DNA of 64,000 nucleotides from a virus (IMGVR_UViG_3300043443_000360:1-64000), one strand, 5' to 3'; positions 1 to 10,980 are shown, counted from the first letter of the stretch. The notes: generated by a model not told the origin, from the letters alone. A program made the numbers and translations.

Positions 1-34
1 AGACTACTCCGCAAAGTCAGCGCTTGACTTCGAG

Positions 35-1000
35 ATGTTTAGGGTTCCTATAACTTCTAGGGGATACGTAAATGAAAATGGAGTATCTAAAATTGTTTTA
101 ACTGCTGAATTACCTACAGAAGAACGCTATGAGATAACCGAAGTTGGTGTATATTCTGCTGGATCTAATCCAATTGCAGGAGCATATGACAGTAAATCTA
201 TTTATGCATTTACGCAGGATGAAAACTGGGAACATCATACAACCGATACTGCAGGAGAAATTCCTATAATCTATCAGCCTTTAGACGGGGATAATGATGA
301 CAATATTATTGATCAACCTTACTCAGTGTTTCAAACAAACGCAGATAACAGAATCTTTACAAGTACAGAAAGAGTTGAAAGATATGAGAGATGCAGGTTC
401 TTCAATAATACAGTTATGATGTCTGGGGATTCTTCAAATCTTTCTTTAGATGAAAATAACAAACTTGTTGTAAATTCTGGATCTGAGCATATTCATTTAA
501 CTGGAGCAACACTAGATTTTAATAAAAATGCACCAACAGATGAATTAAAATTTTCTTTTACATTAGCAAACAAGGATGGTCAATCAACCGCAATCCCTGA
601 TTCTGTACGTCTGCTTTTGCAATTTTCCTCTACTGATATTCATGGTACTGGAGAATACGCTAGATTTGAAGTTGTCCTAGATGCCGAAGATTTTGATTTT
701 AATACAAATAGATATTTTGTTGCTACAAAACAGTTGCAGCAACTTACTAAGAGCACTGGTTTTACTTGGGCTAGTATCGATGTAGTTCAAATATATGCAT
801 GCGTTATAGACAATGGCTCACCGTCATCTGATTTTTATATTTGCCTAGATGCCATTAGATTTGAAAATACAGGAACCTCAAATCCACTTTATGGCCTTAC
901 TGGTTATTCCGTGGTAAAAAATGTTGATGCACGAACAATCATTAAATCAGCAAATACAACTAACTATATTGAATTTAGATTTGCAATGGATGTTCAATAA
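35..1000 (+). CDS. Probable virion structural (tail/baseplate-region) protein; may start upstream of the window
   Basis: Beta-rich acidic protein with an ITEVGVY motif typical of tail-collar/baseplate proteins; first of three tightly packed structural-like ORFs. Confidence 0.5.
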   Translation: MFRVPITSRGYVNENGVSKIVLTAELPTEERYEITEVGVYSAGSNPIAGAYDSKSIYAFTQDENWEHHTTDTAGEIPIIYQPLDGDNDDNIIDQPYSVFQTNADNRIFTSTERVERYERCRFFNNTVMMSGDSSNLSLDENNKLVVNSGSEHIHLTGATLDFNKNAPTDELKFSFTLANKDGQSTAIPDSVRLLLQFSSTDIHGTGEYARFEVVLDAEDFDFNTNRYFVATKQLQQLTKSTGFTWASIDVVQIYACVIDNGSPSSDFYICLDAIRFENTGTSNPLYGLTGYSVVKNVDARTIIKSANTTNYIEFRFAMDVQ

Positions 1001-1431
1001 TGGCTGACTCAGGCATTAAAAAGGTTATTATTCAAAAAAAGAATCTTCCATCTGTTTTTGGTACCGATAATAAGTATATAGTTAGATATCGTATTGTTTC
1101 AGAAGATCGTAACAGAGTATCACATTGGTCCCCTCAATATAAATTATCACCAAATACTGTTCAAGCAATTAACTATGCAATGTCTGTTGATACTAGTTTA
1201 AATATTATTACATTAGTTTGGGCACAGGTCCAAGATCTATCAGAATATGACATTTATGTTAAATGGGATGCAGAATCTTGGGAATATCTTGGACCCACAT
1301 ATAGCAATACTTATAGTTGTTTAATTAAAGAAGGAATTACAGAAGTTATGTTTGCTGTACAAGTGCCAACTTTTCCCAAAAATCGCTTTACTACGTCTAC
1401 ATTGTTTGAGACAGAATTAATGACCTTTTGA
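1000..1431 (+). CDS. Hypothetical structural protein, FN3/Ig-like
   Basis: Y.VRYRIVSED.NR.S.WS and ITLVW...YDIYVKW patterns; TAATG coupling to previous gene. Confidence 0.45.
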   Translation: MADSGIKKVIIQKKNLPSVFGTDNKYIVRYRIVSEDRNRVSHWSPQYKLSPNTVQAINYAMSVDTSLNIITLVWAQVQDLSEYDIYVKWDAESWEYLGPTYSNTYSCLIKEGITEVMFAVQVPTFPKNRFTTSTLFETELMTF

Positions 1432-1446
1432 TGGTATAATAGAATA

Positions 1447-1890
1447 ATGGCAAAACTACCACTTCCAGAACGAGGACAACCACTAGATGTTTCATACATC
1501 TATCAATTAGCAAACGCTATAAACGAGTTGTCTACACAGATCTCTCCTGCTACCTATAAGTATGTTACCGTAGATACTGCTGGTGTCGGAAAACAAAGCG
1601 TAAAGGCTTCAGAGGCCCGAATAATTGGAGGGTATGTAGATGTTGTGTCAAGTGCAACCAAGAGTGCTGGAAATGAAGTTGGTTTCTCATATGATTTTGC
1701 AGCAGACTTTAAGTATGCTCCCGTGGTAACAGCAACACCAATTAATACTGGTGGCACTGATGCTGGTAAAAATGTGTCTGTTGTTTTAAAAACAGTTACA
1801 ACATCAAAGGTTGAAGGAATTGTTAGGTTTAACTCTACTGGTGATCTATCTGTTGCAGTTAACATTATTGCCATTGGAATACCTAACTAA
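1447..1890 (+). CDS. Putative minor tail / H-type-lectin-like protein
   Basis: C-terminal F.YAPVVTAT...V.IIAIG pattern of tail-fibre tip domains; TGGTATAAT 6 nt before ATG. Confidence 0.45.
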   Translation: MAKLPLPERGQPLDVSYIYQLANAINELSTQISPATYKYVTVDTAGVGKQSVKASEARIIGGYVDVVSSATKSAGNEVGFSYDFAADFKYAPVVTATPINTGGTDAGKNVSVVLKTVTTSKVEGIVRFNSTGDLSVAVNIIAIGIPN

Positions 1891-2081
1891 TGCTAAAATG
1901 TACAAAATGTTTTAAGAATATGTTTGTTGATAGACAATATACTGCTGCTGGGCATATTGAGACATATTGTTTATACTGTGGATCAAGAAAATTTTTTCAT
2001 CCACCAGAGGATTCAGAAGAGGGAAGATGGCTACTAAAAAAGGAACAACTGAGAGCGAAGGTTACAATCTCAAGCCTATAA
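1890..2081 (+). CDS. Small zinc-ribbon protein
   Basis: CxxC...CxxC; coupled start/stop. Confidence 0.6.
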   Translation: MLKCTKCFKNMFVDRQYTAAGHIETYCLYCGSRKFFHPPEDSEEGRWLLKKEQLRAKVTISSL

Positions 2082-2569
2082 TTCCTGGAAATAAAAAGGT
2101 TTGGTTTTTAAATGGGGATTTGGTTAGAATTCATCATTTCAATAAATCTAATGGAATTATGTCTGTTTATAATATTACAAAGGATCAGATTGAAAGTTGT
2201 TTAATTAGTGATTTTAAAACCAAAAGGGAAAGAGCATATACAGTTGGACAAACTGCAGAGTTAGTAAATAGACACAAAAAATATATGCCAGATTTAATGA
2301 AACGTGGGGTAATCCCATTTCCTACTGGATCTCAAAAGGGTGGGGCTAGAGGATGGCAGGTAAGGTCTTATTACTCTGAGTCACAAGTACGAGAGATTCG
2401 TGATATACTTGCATCTCATCATATTGGAAGACCAAGAAAAGATAATTTAATAACAAATGATATTACGCCTACAAAACAAGAGTTGACACGTAGAATGGGC
2501 GATGGTATACTTACATATACGAAGACAGAAGATGGACGATTTGTTCCAATTTGGAATGAATCTATTTAA
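2027..2569 (+). CDS. MerR-like HTH DNA-binding protein
   Basis: YTVGQTAELVNRH...RSYYSESQVREIR; start reassigned to ATG 2027 after GAGGG. Confidence 0.6.
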   Translation: MATKKGTTESEGYNLKPIIPGNKKVWFLNGDLVRIHHFNKSNGIMSVYNITKDQIESCLISDFKTKRERAYTVGQTAELVNRHKKYMPDLMKRGVIPFPTGSQKGGARGWQVRSYYSESQVREIRDILASHHIGRPRKDNLITNDITPTKQELTRRMGDGILTYTKTEDGRFVPIWNESI

Positions 2570-2583
2570 CAAAGGGGTATAAA

Positions 2584-2787
2584 ATGGAAGACACAAAAGT
2601 ATCAGTTACACTAGGGTACACACTGAATTTAGGAAATTTTCAATCTCTCAGACTTGACCTTGGGGTCGTAGACTCTAAGCGTGACGGAGAGAACACGGAT
2701 CAGGCGTTTGAGCGTGTATACAAGTTTGTTGAAGACAAACTGACAGAGAAGATCAAGGAAGCCCAATCGGAGGCTGCAGAAGGCTAA
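2584..2787 (+). CDS. Conserved phage hypothetical protein
   Basis: SD AGGGG; T.NLGNF.S.R.D motif. Confidence 0.65.
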   Translation: MEDTKVSVTLGYTLNLGNFQSLRLDLGVVDSKRDGENTDQAFERVYKFVEDKLTEKIKEAQSEAAEG

Positions 2788-3095
2788 TGGCAGAACGCAA
2801 AGACCGCATGGCTTTGCTTTCACGCTACAGCAAATATCATACTGCAAGGTATGAGCAAAAGCCATCATTAAATTTAAATGTAGAGCAATGGTCAGCAGAT
2901 GCACTTATTGAGTCATATGGTATGAGTCAATGCTACGATTTGCTTGAGCATTATTTTAATGTTGCACAGTCTCCTTCATGGAACTATTTTGCATATAATA
3001 CAGAAAAAATTTTACAGGCAAAAAGAGATAAAGAGCAGGATGATAAAGAGAGGGCAGAGCGAAGAAAAATGGCTAAGGAGTGGTTAAGTGAATAA
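2787..3095 (+). CDS. Hypothetical protein (possible helicase loader by position)
   Basis: Overlaps the dnaB start. Confidence 0.55.
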   Translation: MAERKDRMALLSRYSKYHTARYEQKPSLNLNVEQWSADALIESYGMSQCYDLLEHYFNVAQSPSWNYFAYNTEKILQAKRDKEQDDKERAERRKMAKEWLSE

Positions 3096-4308
3096 CACAG
3101 AAGCAAAACTAATTACTGCTGTACTTGAAGATAAGCAGGTTCATGTGTTGCTTCAAGCCAATGTCGATAATCTACTAAGAACTCATAATGATGTTTGGGC
3201 TTTTATTAGAAACTATTTTGAGCACAACTCTGCAGTGCCACCAGTTTCACTGGTCGTTGAAAAGTTTAGAGATTTTGATCCAGTATCTGGTGTTGGCGCT
3301 ACCAAACATCATCTAGAAGAATTACAAACAGAATATTTAAATGATAGCCTGAAAGATATTTTGCGCTCTGCTGCAGGAGATGTACAGCAGGGAGAGGGAA
3401 CCAAGGCTTTAGATAATCTTATTACACAAACCTCAGAACTTAAAAAGAATACTTCTGCAATTCGTGATATTGATGTGACTGACCTTGAGTCTGCAATCGC
3501 ATACTTTGAAAATGTAAAAGAGCAACAGGCTTTAGGTAAAGTAGGAATTAAAACTAATCTTCCAGGATTTGATAACTATCTTCCTGCAGGAATTATGCCA
3601 GGGCAGTTGGGTGTATTTCTTGCATACCCTGGTATTGGAAAGTCATGGATGGCTTTGTATTTTGCTGTACAGGCTTGGAAGCAGGGAAAAACACCTTTAG
3701 TGATCTCACTTGAAATGTCTGAGACTGAAGTCCGTAACCGTGTGTTTACTATTATGGGAGAAGGTCTTTGGTCACATAGGAAGATTTCAAATGGTGAAAT
3801 TGAATTAGATATGTTAAAGCAGTGGCATGCAAAAAACCTTCAAGGCAAGCCAGAGTTTCATATTATCTCAAACGATCAAGGTGGAGAGATTAACCCATCT
3901 GTTCTTCGTGGAAAAATTGATCAATACAAGCCTGACTTTGTAATTGTTGACTATCTACAGTTAATGGCTCCTAATCAGAAATCAGATAATGAAACTGTAC
4001 GAATGAAGAATCTTTCACGAGAACTTAAACTCATGGCCATTGGTGAAGAAGTGCCTATTATTGCTATCTCATCTGCAACACCAGACGATGTGAATGATTT
4101 ATCAACAGTTCCAACATTAGGTCAGACTGCCTGGTCTAGACAGATTGCCTATGATGCAGACTGGGTTATTGCTCTTGGACGTGGTACAAATAGCGATGTT
4201 ATTGAGTGTGCCTTTAGAAAGAACCGTAATGGATTTATGGGTGATTTTCTTGTACAAGTAGACTTTGATAAGGGATACTATCGATATAAAGATTTTGAAG
4301 ATAAGTAG
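3088..4308 (+). CDS. dnaB: DnaB-like replicative helicase
   Basis: Walker A AYPGIGKS, SLEMS, IVDYLQL, AYDADWV, KNRNG. Confidence 0.95.
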   Translation: MNNTEAKLITAVLEDKQVHVLLQANVDNLLRTHNDVWAFIRNYFEHNSAVPPVSLVVEKFRDFDPVSGVGATKHHLEELQTEYLNDSLKDILRSAAGDVQQGEGTKALDNLITQTSELKKNTSAIRDIDVTDLESAIAYFENVKEQQALGKVGIKTNLPGFDNYLPAGIMPGQLGVFLAYPGIGKSWMALYFAVQAWKQGKTPLVISLEMSETEVRNRVFTIMGEGLWSHRKISNGEIELDMLKQWHAKNLQGKPEFHIISNDQGGEINPSVLRGKIDQYKPDFVIVDYLQLMAPNQKSDNETVRMKNLSRELKLMAIGEEVPIIAISSATPDDVNDLSTVPTLGQTAWSRQIAYDADWVIALGRGTNSDVIECAFRKNRNGFMGDFLVQVDFDKGYYRYKDFEDK

Positions 4309-4320
4309 TTATAATATGGT

Positions 4321-4653
4321 ATGTCAAATTTTCATCATAAGACAATTAAGAGATTTTCCCTTAGCGGGATCATCCACGATGAATCGATGCTGGGTAGGTT
4401 AAAAGGTGAGTACACAAGACTACTTACTTCTGAAATGCGCTTGTCTGGCTATGTGCCAAGAATTGACATTGACCCAGATTTTACTATAGACTATAATGAG
4501 AATAAGAACTATTTTGAATTTGAAATATCACTACACGGAGTATATGCAGGGAAAAGGAAAAGCGAATGGATATTAGGGATAGACGTAAACAAGCCAATTT
4601 ATATACAAAAGAGCAAATCAAAAGAGTCATTACAGGTTCAGGAATCACAGTAG
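4321..4653 (+). CDS. Hypothetical protein
   Basis: TATAAT 5 nt before ATG; overlaps primase by 88 nt. Confidence 0.6.
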   Translation: MSNFHHKTIKRFSLSGIIHDESMLGRLKGEYTRLLTSEMRLSGYVPRIDIDPDFTIDYNENKNYFEFEISLHGVYAGKRKSEWILGIDVNKPIYIQKSKSKESLQVQESQ

Positions 4654-5510
4654 AATCAGAAGTAGACTCAGACTATATAATTTTTTGTCCATTTCATAAT
4701 AACAACCGTACTCCTGCTGGAGAAATTGATAAGAATAACGGGACCTTCTTTTGTTTTTCCTGCCACCATATTGCCGATCTTGTTGAATTTGTTATGCACA
4801 CTTCAGGCAGAACCTACTTTGAATCAGTTCGTTTTATCAAAAGCAAAGAAACAGAGCAAGATCTAGAACGTGATATAAATCAGAAGTTAGTAGTAAAGCC
4901 AGACTTTACCCCATTTGACGAATTGATTATTAAAAGACTAAATAACAATTTGCTCAGTTCTGATAGGGCAAAAGATTACTTTAAGTATCGTAAGATTGAT
5001 GCATCGTCTTGGTCAAAGTTTTCTTTAGGCTATTCTGAAAAACAAGATATGGTAACTGTTCCTGTACATAGTCCAGACGGTATGCCAGTTGGTTTTGTTG
5101 GTAGATCAATTGAGGGCAAGGAGTTTAAGAATACACCAGGTCTTCCAAAAGCAAAAACACTTTTTAATTTAAATCGTGTTAAGACAGCAGATAAAGTGTA
5201 TGTAGTAGAATCATCATTCGATGCCATTCGTTTAGACCAGGTTGGATTACCAGCAGTTGCTACACTAGGATCTAATGTGTCTAACATACAAATAGAATTG
5301 CTTCAAAAATACTTCAATAATATTATTGTTATTGCAGATAACGATGAGGCGGGAGGAAACATGAAAGATAAGATAATTGAAAAACTTGGATCTCGTGTTT
5401 CCGTTATACAACTAAATAAACAATATAAGGATATAGGCGATATGTTAGATGAAGATATAAAAAAGTTGGAAGTCTCATTTGACAAAGATATCATCTCTAT
5501 GCTAAACTAA
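4566..5510 (+). CDS. dnaG: DNA primase (CHC2 zinc finger + TOPRIM)
   Basis: CPFH...CFSC; VVESSFD; ADNDEAG; KDIGD. Confidence 0.93.
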   Translation: MDIRDRRKQANLYTKEQIKRVITGSGITVESEVDSDYIIFCPFHNNNRTPAGEIDKNNGTFFCFSCHHIADLVEFVMHTSGRTYFESVRFIKSKETEQDLERDINQKLVVKPDFTPFDELIIKRLNNNLLSSDRAKDYFKYRKIDASSWSKFSLGYSEKQDMVTVPVHSPDGMPVGFVGRSIEGKEFKNTPGLPKAKTLFNLNRVKTADKVYVVESSFDAIRLDQVGLPAVATLGSNVSNIQIELLQKYFNNIIVIADNDEAGGNMKDKIIEKLGSRVSVIQLNKQYKDIGDMLDEDIKKLEVSFDKDIISMLN

Positions 5511-5535
5511 TATAACAATAACAAAGGAGAAATAC

Positions 5536-6189
5536 ATGAGCGTAATTAAGGGACTCAAAGATATTAATGCCCTGCTCGACAAGCCAAAATATGAAAGCAC
5601 AGGACAAAAGGTTCGCTGGGTTAAACTAGCGGATGGACAGTCAGCAAAGGTTCGTTTTGTAGAAGAACTAGATTCTGACTCTGCAAACTATTCAGAAGCA
5701 CGTGGTTTATCTGTTGTGGTTTCTGAACATACTAATCCAAAAGATTATAAGCGCAAAGCAGCATGTACCCAAGAGTCTGAGGGTCGATGCTTTGGTTGTG
5801 AGATGGCACGTAAGGAACCAAAGTCTGGTTGGAAGGCACGTCTACGTTTTTACTGCAACGTACTTATGAATGATGGACTTGAAGATCCATACATTGCTGT
5901 TTGGTCACAAGGCATTTCAAAGCAGTCGGCGTTTAACAATATTCGTGAATATGCACTTGATACAGGTAGCATTTCAAATCTTGAATGGAAGTTGAAGCGT
6001 AATGGTCAGGGAACTGAAACCAACTATACACTTCTTCCAAGCAAGCCAGATGCAGAGCCATTTAATTGGGATGGCTTTGAATTCTTCAACCTAGAAAAGG
6101 TTGTTCGTGAGGTTCCATATCCAGAGCAAGAAGCATTTTACTTTGGATTTGATACACCTTCTGTTACCAGCACCAACATCGACTGGTAA
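5536..6189 (+). CDS. Single-stranded DNA-binding protein (gp32-like)
   Basis: Zn-ligand pattern H...C...CxxC, KRNGQGTETNY, acidic/aromatic C-terminus; between primase and polymerase. Confidence 0.7.
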   Translation: MSVIKGLKDINALLDKPKYESTGQKVRWVKLADGQSAKVRFVEELDSDSANYSEARGLSVVVSEHTNPKDYKRKAACTQESEGRCFGCEMARKEPKSGWKARLRFYCNVLMNDGLEDPYIAVWSQGISKQSAFNNIREYALDTGSISNLEWKLKRNGQGTETNYTLLPSKPDAEPFNWDGFEFFNLEKVVREVPYPEQEAFYFGFDTPSVTSTNIDW

Positions 6190-6192
6190 TAG

Positions 6193-9100
6193 ATGTCTTA
6201 CGTAGGCTTACACGTACATACCCACTATTCCCTCTTTGACGGAATCGCTACTCCAGAAGAATACATTGACCGTGCAGTTGAGTTAGGGATGCCAGCAATT
6301 GCCATCACTGACCACGGTACTTTATCTGGGCATAGGGAACTGCACCGTATTGCAAAAGCGAAGGGTATTAAGCCTATACTTGGCGTAGAAGGCTATATGT
6401 GTCAAGATCGATTTGATACTAGAGATAAGTCTGAAAGAGACGGAGATCTAGATCTGGTCTATAACCATATAGTCCTTCTTGCCAAGAACAAGATTGGTTT
6501 AGAAAATCTTAATAAGATTAATGAGATTGCTTGGACAGAGGGATATTTCAAGAAGCCACGATTTGACTTTGAGGTTCTTGAGAAGTATTCAGAAGGTATT
6601 ATTGTTACCTCTGCTTGTCCAAGTAGTGTGCTAGTAAAAGCACTTGAGAATAATGAATTCGCAGTTGCCAAAAAGCACATTGAATGGTTTAAGAGAGTAT
6701 TCAATGACGACTATTACATCGAAGTAATGCCACACAACCCTGCTGAAATTAATAAGCAACTTATTGCCTTGGCAGATGAATTTAAGATTAAAGTAGTTGT
6801 AACACCAGACTGCCATCATAGTTCTACAGATCAAAAAGAGATTCAAGAATTTAAACTACTGCTTAACACACATGTTAAGATTGACAAAGAACATACATTT
6901 GAAAAGTCTAAGAAAAAAGAAAATATGATGGAGCGCTTAGACTATCTTTATGGCGAAGACCGTCAGATTACTTTTAATAAGTTTGATATACATCTTTTGA
7001 CTTATGAAGAAATGAAATCTGCTATGGAGGCACAGGGAATTGATAGACCTGACATCTATGAAAATACTTTGGCCGTTGCTGAAAAAGTAACAGACTATGG
7101 AATTCAGGAAGGGCTAGACCTCCTGCCAGTGCAGTATAAAAATCCAGACAAAGAGTTAAAAGAACTTGCTTTAGCAGGATTAGAAGAGCGAGGTCTTTCA
7201 GACAACCAAGAATATCTTGATCGATTAGATGAAGAACTAAAAGTAATCAAAGATAAAAAGTTTGGTCCATACTTTCTTGTTGTTCGTAACATGATTACTT
7301 GGGCAAAAAAAGAAGGGATTATGGTAGGTCCTGGCCGTGGCTCTGCAGCAGGTTCGTTACTATGTTATGCATTAAAGATTACCGACATTGATCCAATTAA
7401 GCATAAACTTCTTTTCTTTCGTTTTATTAATCCAGAGCGAAATGACTTTCCAGATATTGATACCGATATTCAAGACTCTCGTCGTGAAGAAGTAAAAGAT
7501 TATCTTGTTAGACAATATCGACATGTTGCGTCTATTGCTACATTTTTATCATTTAAAGATAAGGGTGTAGTTCGAGATGTTGCACGTGTTTTAAATATTC
7601 CATTATCAGACGTTAACAAAGTTTTGAAGTTGGTGGATACTTGGGATGAGTATTGCACATCTAAAACAACACGGGAATTCCGTGAGAAATATCCAGAGGT
7701 AGAAAAATATGGAGAACAATTACGTGGTCGTATTAGAGGTACTGGCATTCACGCTGCTGGCGTTGTCACTAGTAAAGATCCTATTTTTAGGTACGCACCG
7801 ATGGAGACACGTTCTTCTACTGGTAGCGATGAGCGTATTCCTGTTGTGGCGGTGGATATGGAAGAGGCTGAAAAGATTGGTCTCATCAAAATCGACGCCC
7901 TTGGACTTAAAACTTTAAGTGTTGTAAAAGATGCTTTAGATATTATTAAAGAGCGAGAAGGAAAGTTGATAGATCCATTAACAATTCCTATGGATGATGC
8001 TAATGTTTATCAAATGCTTTCTGACGGATACACAAAGGGTGTATTCCAGTGCGAAGCAGCGCCATATACAAATCTTCTTGTTAAGATGGGGGTAAAGAAT
8101 CTTTCAGAACTTGCTGCATCAAATGCTCTAGTTCGCCCAGGTGCGATGAATACAATTGGAAAAGACTATATTGAGCGCAAGCATGGTCGTCAAAATATTG
8201 GGTATACTCACCAAGTATTAAAAGAATTTACGGAGGAAACCTATGGCTGTATTCTTTACCAGGAACAAGTTATGCAAGCATGCGTATCGCTTGGCGGTAT
8301 GTCCATGTCGGAAGCAGATAAAGTTAGAAAGATCATTGGAAAGAAAAAGGATGCTAAAGAGTTTGATGTTTTTAAGGACAAGTTCATTGAAGGTGCATCT
8401 CGTTTTGTTGCTCCTAATACTGCTCGTGATTTGTGGCATGACTTTGAAGCGCATGCAGGATACTCTTTTAATAAATCCCACGCCGTCGCCTACTCCACTT
8501 TATCTTACTGGACAGCATGGCTAAAATATCATTATCCACTAGAATTTATGTACTCACTATTAAAAAATGAAAAGGACAAAGATGCGAGAACTGAATATCT
8601 TATTGAAGCAAAGCGAATGGGGATTAGCATTAAACTACCTCATATTAATGATTCAGATATTGATTTTAAAATTGAGGGTAAGGGCATTAGGTTTGGTCTT
8701 AGTGGTATTAAGTATATATCCGATAAAATTGCTGAACGTTATATTCAGGGTAGACCCTTTAATTCATATGCTCAACTTGAGGAGTTTACTTTTACTAAAG
8801 GAAACGGAGTTAACAGCCGTGCTCTTCAAGCACTACGAATTATTGGTGCAGCGACATTTAATGATAACCCACGCAACGAGCAAGAGATTAAAGAAAATCT
8901 CTACGAATATTTAAATCTGCCAGAATTTAATATTACAGTACCTTCCCATTACCATGCATTCATTAGTCCAATAGAGGATTATGAAGAAAAGGGGTCTTTT
9001 ATATTGATGGGAATGGTAAAGTCCATTAAAAGAGCAAAGGGATGGTCGAGAGTAGAAGTTCTTGATAAGACTGGCAGTGTAGGAATTTTTGATGATGAGA

Positions 9101-9465
9101 ATACAACTATAGAAGCAGGAACATCTTATATTCTTCTGGCTAATGATAATAGAATTATTTCTGCTATACCAGTTGATCAAATTAAAGGCTCTACAAATGC
9201 AATGATAAAGTTTTTAAACTATAAGCAGTTGCCATTTAAAGATGAAGAAATGTTTGTGGTATCATTTAAACCTAGAGTAACTAAACAAGGGAAAAAGATG
9301 GCATCACTTACAGTTGCAGATACTGCAAGGAATCTGCATTCAATTACTGTATTTCCTACTTCATTTGCAAAGGCTTATATGAAAATTGAAGAGGGCACAG
9401 CATATAAATTTACTTTAGGTAAAACAAAAGATGGAACGGTTATATTGGAGGATATAAATGCTTGA
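6193..9465 (+). CDS. dnaE: DNA polymerase III alpha subunit
   Basis: PHP motifs HVHTHYS and TDHG; GRGSAAGS; PDIDTD; YSFNKSH; no intein apparent. Confidence 0.97.
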   Translation: MSYVGLHVHTHYSLFDGIATPEEYIDRAVELGMPAIAITDHGTLSGHRELHRIAKAKGIKPILGVEGYMCQDRFDTRDKSERDGDLDLVYNHIVLLAKNKIGLENLNKINEIAWTEGYFKKPRFDFEVLEKYSEGIIVTSACPSSVLVKALENNEFAVAKKHIEWFKRVFNDDYYIEVMPHNPAEINKQLIALADEFKIKVVVTPDCHHSSTDQKEIQEFKLLLNTHVKIDKEHTFEKSKKKENMMERLDYLYGEDRQITFNKFDIHLLTYEEMKSAMEAQGIDRPDIYENTLAVAEKVTDYGIQEGLDLLPVQYKNPDKELKELALAGLEERGLSDNQEYLDRLDEELKVIKDKKFGPYFLVVRNMITWAKKEGIMVGPGRGSAAGSLLCYALKITDIDPIKHKLLFFRFINPERNDFPDIDTDIQDSRREEVKDYLVRQYRHVASIATFLSFKDKGVVRDVARVLNIPLSDVNKVLKLVDTWDEYCTSKTTREFREKYPEVEKYGEQLRGRIRGTGIHAAGVVTSKDPIFRYAPMETRSSTGSDERIPVVAVDMEEAEKIGLIKIDALGLKTLSVVKDALDIIKEREGKLIDPLTIPMDDANVYQMLSDGYTKGVFQCEAAPYTNLLVKMGVKNLSELAASNALVRPGAMNTIGKDYIERKHGRQNIGYTHQVLKEFTEETYGCILYQEQVMQACVSLGGMSMSEADKVRKIIGKKKDAKEFDVFKDKFIEGASRFVAPNTARDLWHDFEAHAGYSFNKSHAVAYSTLSYWTAWLKYHYPLEFMYSLLKNEKDKDARTEYLIEAKRMGISIKLPHINDSDIDFKIEGKGIRFGLSGIKYISDKIAERYIQGRPFNSYAQLEEFTFTKGNGVNSRALQALRIIGAATFNDNPRNEQEIKENLYEYLNLPEFNITVPSHYHAFISPIEDYEEKGSFILMGMVKSIKRAKGWSRVEVLDKTGSVGIFDDENTTIEAGTSYILLANDNRIISAIPVDQIKGSTNAMIKFLNYKQLPFKDEEMFVVSFKPRVTKQGKKMASLTVADTARNLHSITVFPTSFAKAYMKIEEGTAYKFTLGKTKDGTVILEDINA

Positions 9466-9781
9466 TAATTTAGCAATGGAATTACACAGGGTAGCAGTAA
9501 CAAAAGGATTTTGGCCAGAGGTAGAAGATGTTGACGATATCTTTGTTGCAAAACAGTGTATGATGATTGTTTCTGAGGTTACTGAGGTCATGGAAGCAAT
9601 AAGGAAAGATAAGGGCGAAGAAGAAATTACTAAAGAGGTTGCGGATATACTAATTCGTACACTAGATCTTTATGCTGGACTGGTTGAAGCAGGATACACA
9701 AGACTATCCCTGGACAATTCATTAGAAGAAAAAACTCAGTTTAATAAAACTAGACCAGAAAAGCATGGGGTAAGATTCTAA
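9458..9781 (+). CDS. MazG-like NTP pyrophosphohydrolase
   Basis: SEVTEVMEAIRK...EVADILIR. Confidence 0.8.
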   Translation: MLDNLAMELHRVAVTKGFWPEVEDVDDIFVAKQCMMIVSEVTEVMEAIRKDKGEEEITKEVADILIRTLDLYAGLVEAGYTRLSLDNSLEEKTQFNKTRPEKHGVRF

Positions 9782-10794
9782 TGTCTGTAACAGTTGAAGA
9801 AGTATTGGCTAACCTAAATCCAAAGTTGCGTAAAAATGTAATGTCAGGTGATCAAATACCAAAGACAGAGTATGCATCAACCCCTAGTTTTGGTCTTAAC
9901 CGTGCCCTAAACGGTGGTTTACCGTATGGTCGTCAGGTACTAATTTGGGGCTCTAAGTCTTCAGCCAAGTCATCGCTATGTCTACAAATGATTGGTCTGG
10001 CACAACAAGAAGGAAAAATCTGTGCATGGATCGATGCTGAAATGTCATACGATAAAAAGTGGGCAGAAAGTCTTGGCGTGGATACTTCAAAGTTAATTGT
10101 TTCACAGGCTCGTACTATTAATGAAATGGTAGATGTTGGTGTACAATTAATGGAGGCGGGAGTAGATATGATCGTAGTTGATTCAATTACATCGCTGCTA
10201 CCTGCAATCTATTTTGAAAAGGATTCTGATGAACTTAAACAACTTGAGAATACCAAGCAGATTGGTGCAGAATCCAGGGACTTTAGCAATGCTTGGAAGA
10301 TGCTTAACTATGCTAATAATAAAGTCAAGCCTACTCTGCTTGTCCTTATTAGTCAGTCTCGTAATAATATTAGTGCTATGTATACTAGCCAGCAGCCTAC
10401 TGGTGGTCAGGCTACTAAGTTTTATTCCTCTACAGTTATTAAACTATTTTCGTCAGAATCTGATAATCAAGCATTGAAAGGAAAGATACATGTTGGTGAC
10501 AAACTTATTGAAGAAAAGATTGGTCGCAAAGTTAGATGGGAACTACAGTTTTCCAAAACTTCTCCTGCTTTTCAGTCTGGTGAATATGATTTCTATTTTA
10601 GAGGTGATAGTCTTGGGATTGACTCTATCGGCGATCTTTGTGATACTGCTGAGTCATTGGGCATAATTAATAGAACTGGTGCTTGGTATCAACTAGAGGA
10701 TGGCACAAAAATTCAAGGAAGAGAAGCATTCATAAATAGACTAAGAGAGGACCTTGATCTTCAAGATATGATTAAGAAACAAATAGATGCCTAG
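9781..10794 (+). CDS. recA: RecA-like recombinase
   Basis: GGLPYGR, GSKSSAKS P-loop, WIDAE, VVDSI, TGGQATKFYSS, GAWY. Confidence 0.95.
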   Translation: MSVTVEEVLANLNPKLRKNVMSGDQIPKTEYASTPSFGLNRALNGGLPYGRQVLIWGSKSSAKSSLCLQMIGLAQQEGKICAWIDAEMSYDKKWAESLGVDTSKLIVSQARTINEMVDVGVQLMEAGVDMIVVDSITSLLPAIYFEKDSDELKQLENTKQIGAESRDFSNAWKMLNYANNKVKPTLLVLISQSRNNISAMYTSQQPTGGQATKFYSSTVIKLFSSESDNQALKGKIHVGDKLIEEKIGRKVRWELQFSKTSPAFQSGEYDFYFRGDSLGIDSIGDLCDTAESLGIINRTGAWYQLEDGTKIQGREAFINRLREDLDLQDMIKKQIDA

Positions 10795-10972
10795 TTATTC
10801 TGTTTATCGAGGCCATTTCCCCTGTCATACATGTAAAGAAGAAGTTACTACCTTAAGATTATATCCTGCTACACTTGAAGCCACATGGATGTGTAAAGAC
10901 AAGCATCTTAGCAAAGTATCTTTTGCAACGAAAAAGAAAAGAGATTATGCAGAAAAAGAAAATAGGGTATAA
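10787..10972 (+). CDS. Small zinc-binding protein
   Basis: CxxC...CxxxH. Confidence 0.55.
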   Translation: MPSYSVYRGHFPCHTCKEEVTTLRLYPATLEATWMCKDKHLSKVSFATKKKRDYAEKENRV

Positions 10973-10980
10973 TGTAAATT

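Noticed and set aside
6193-10794. Inteins or introns in dnaE/recA (also checked terL and dnaB)
   Set aside because: Lengths are normal or compact, motifs are contiguous, and no intein C/HN signatures are seen.
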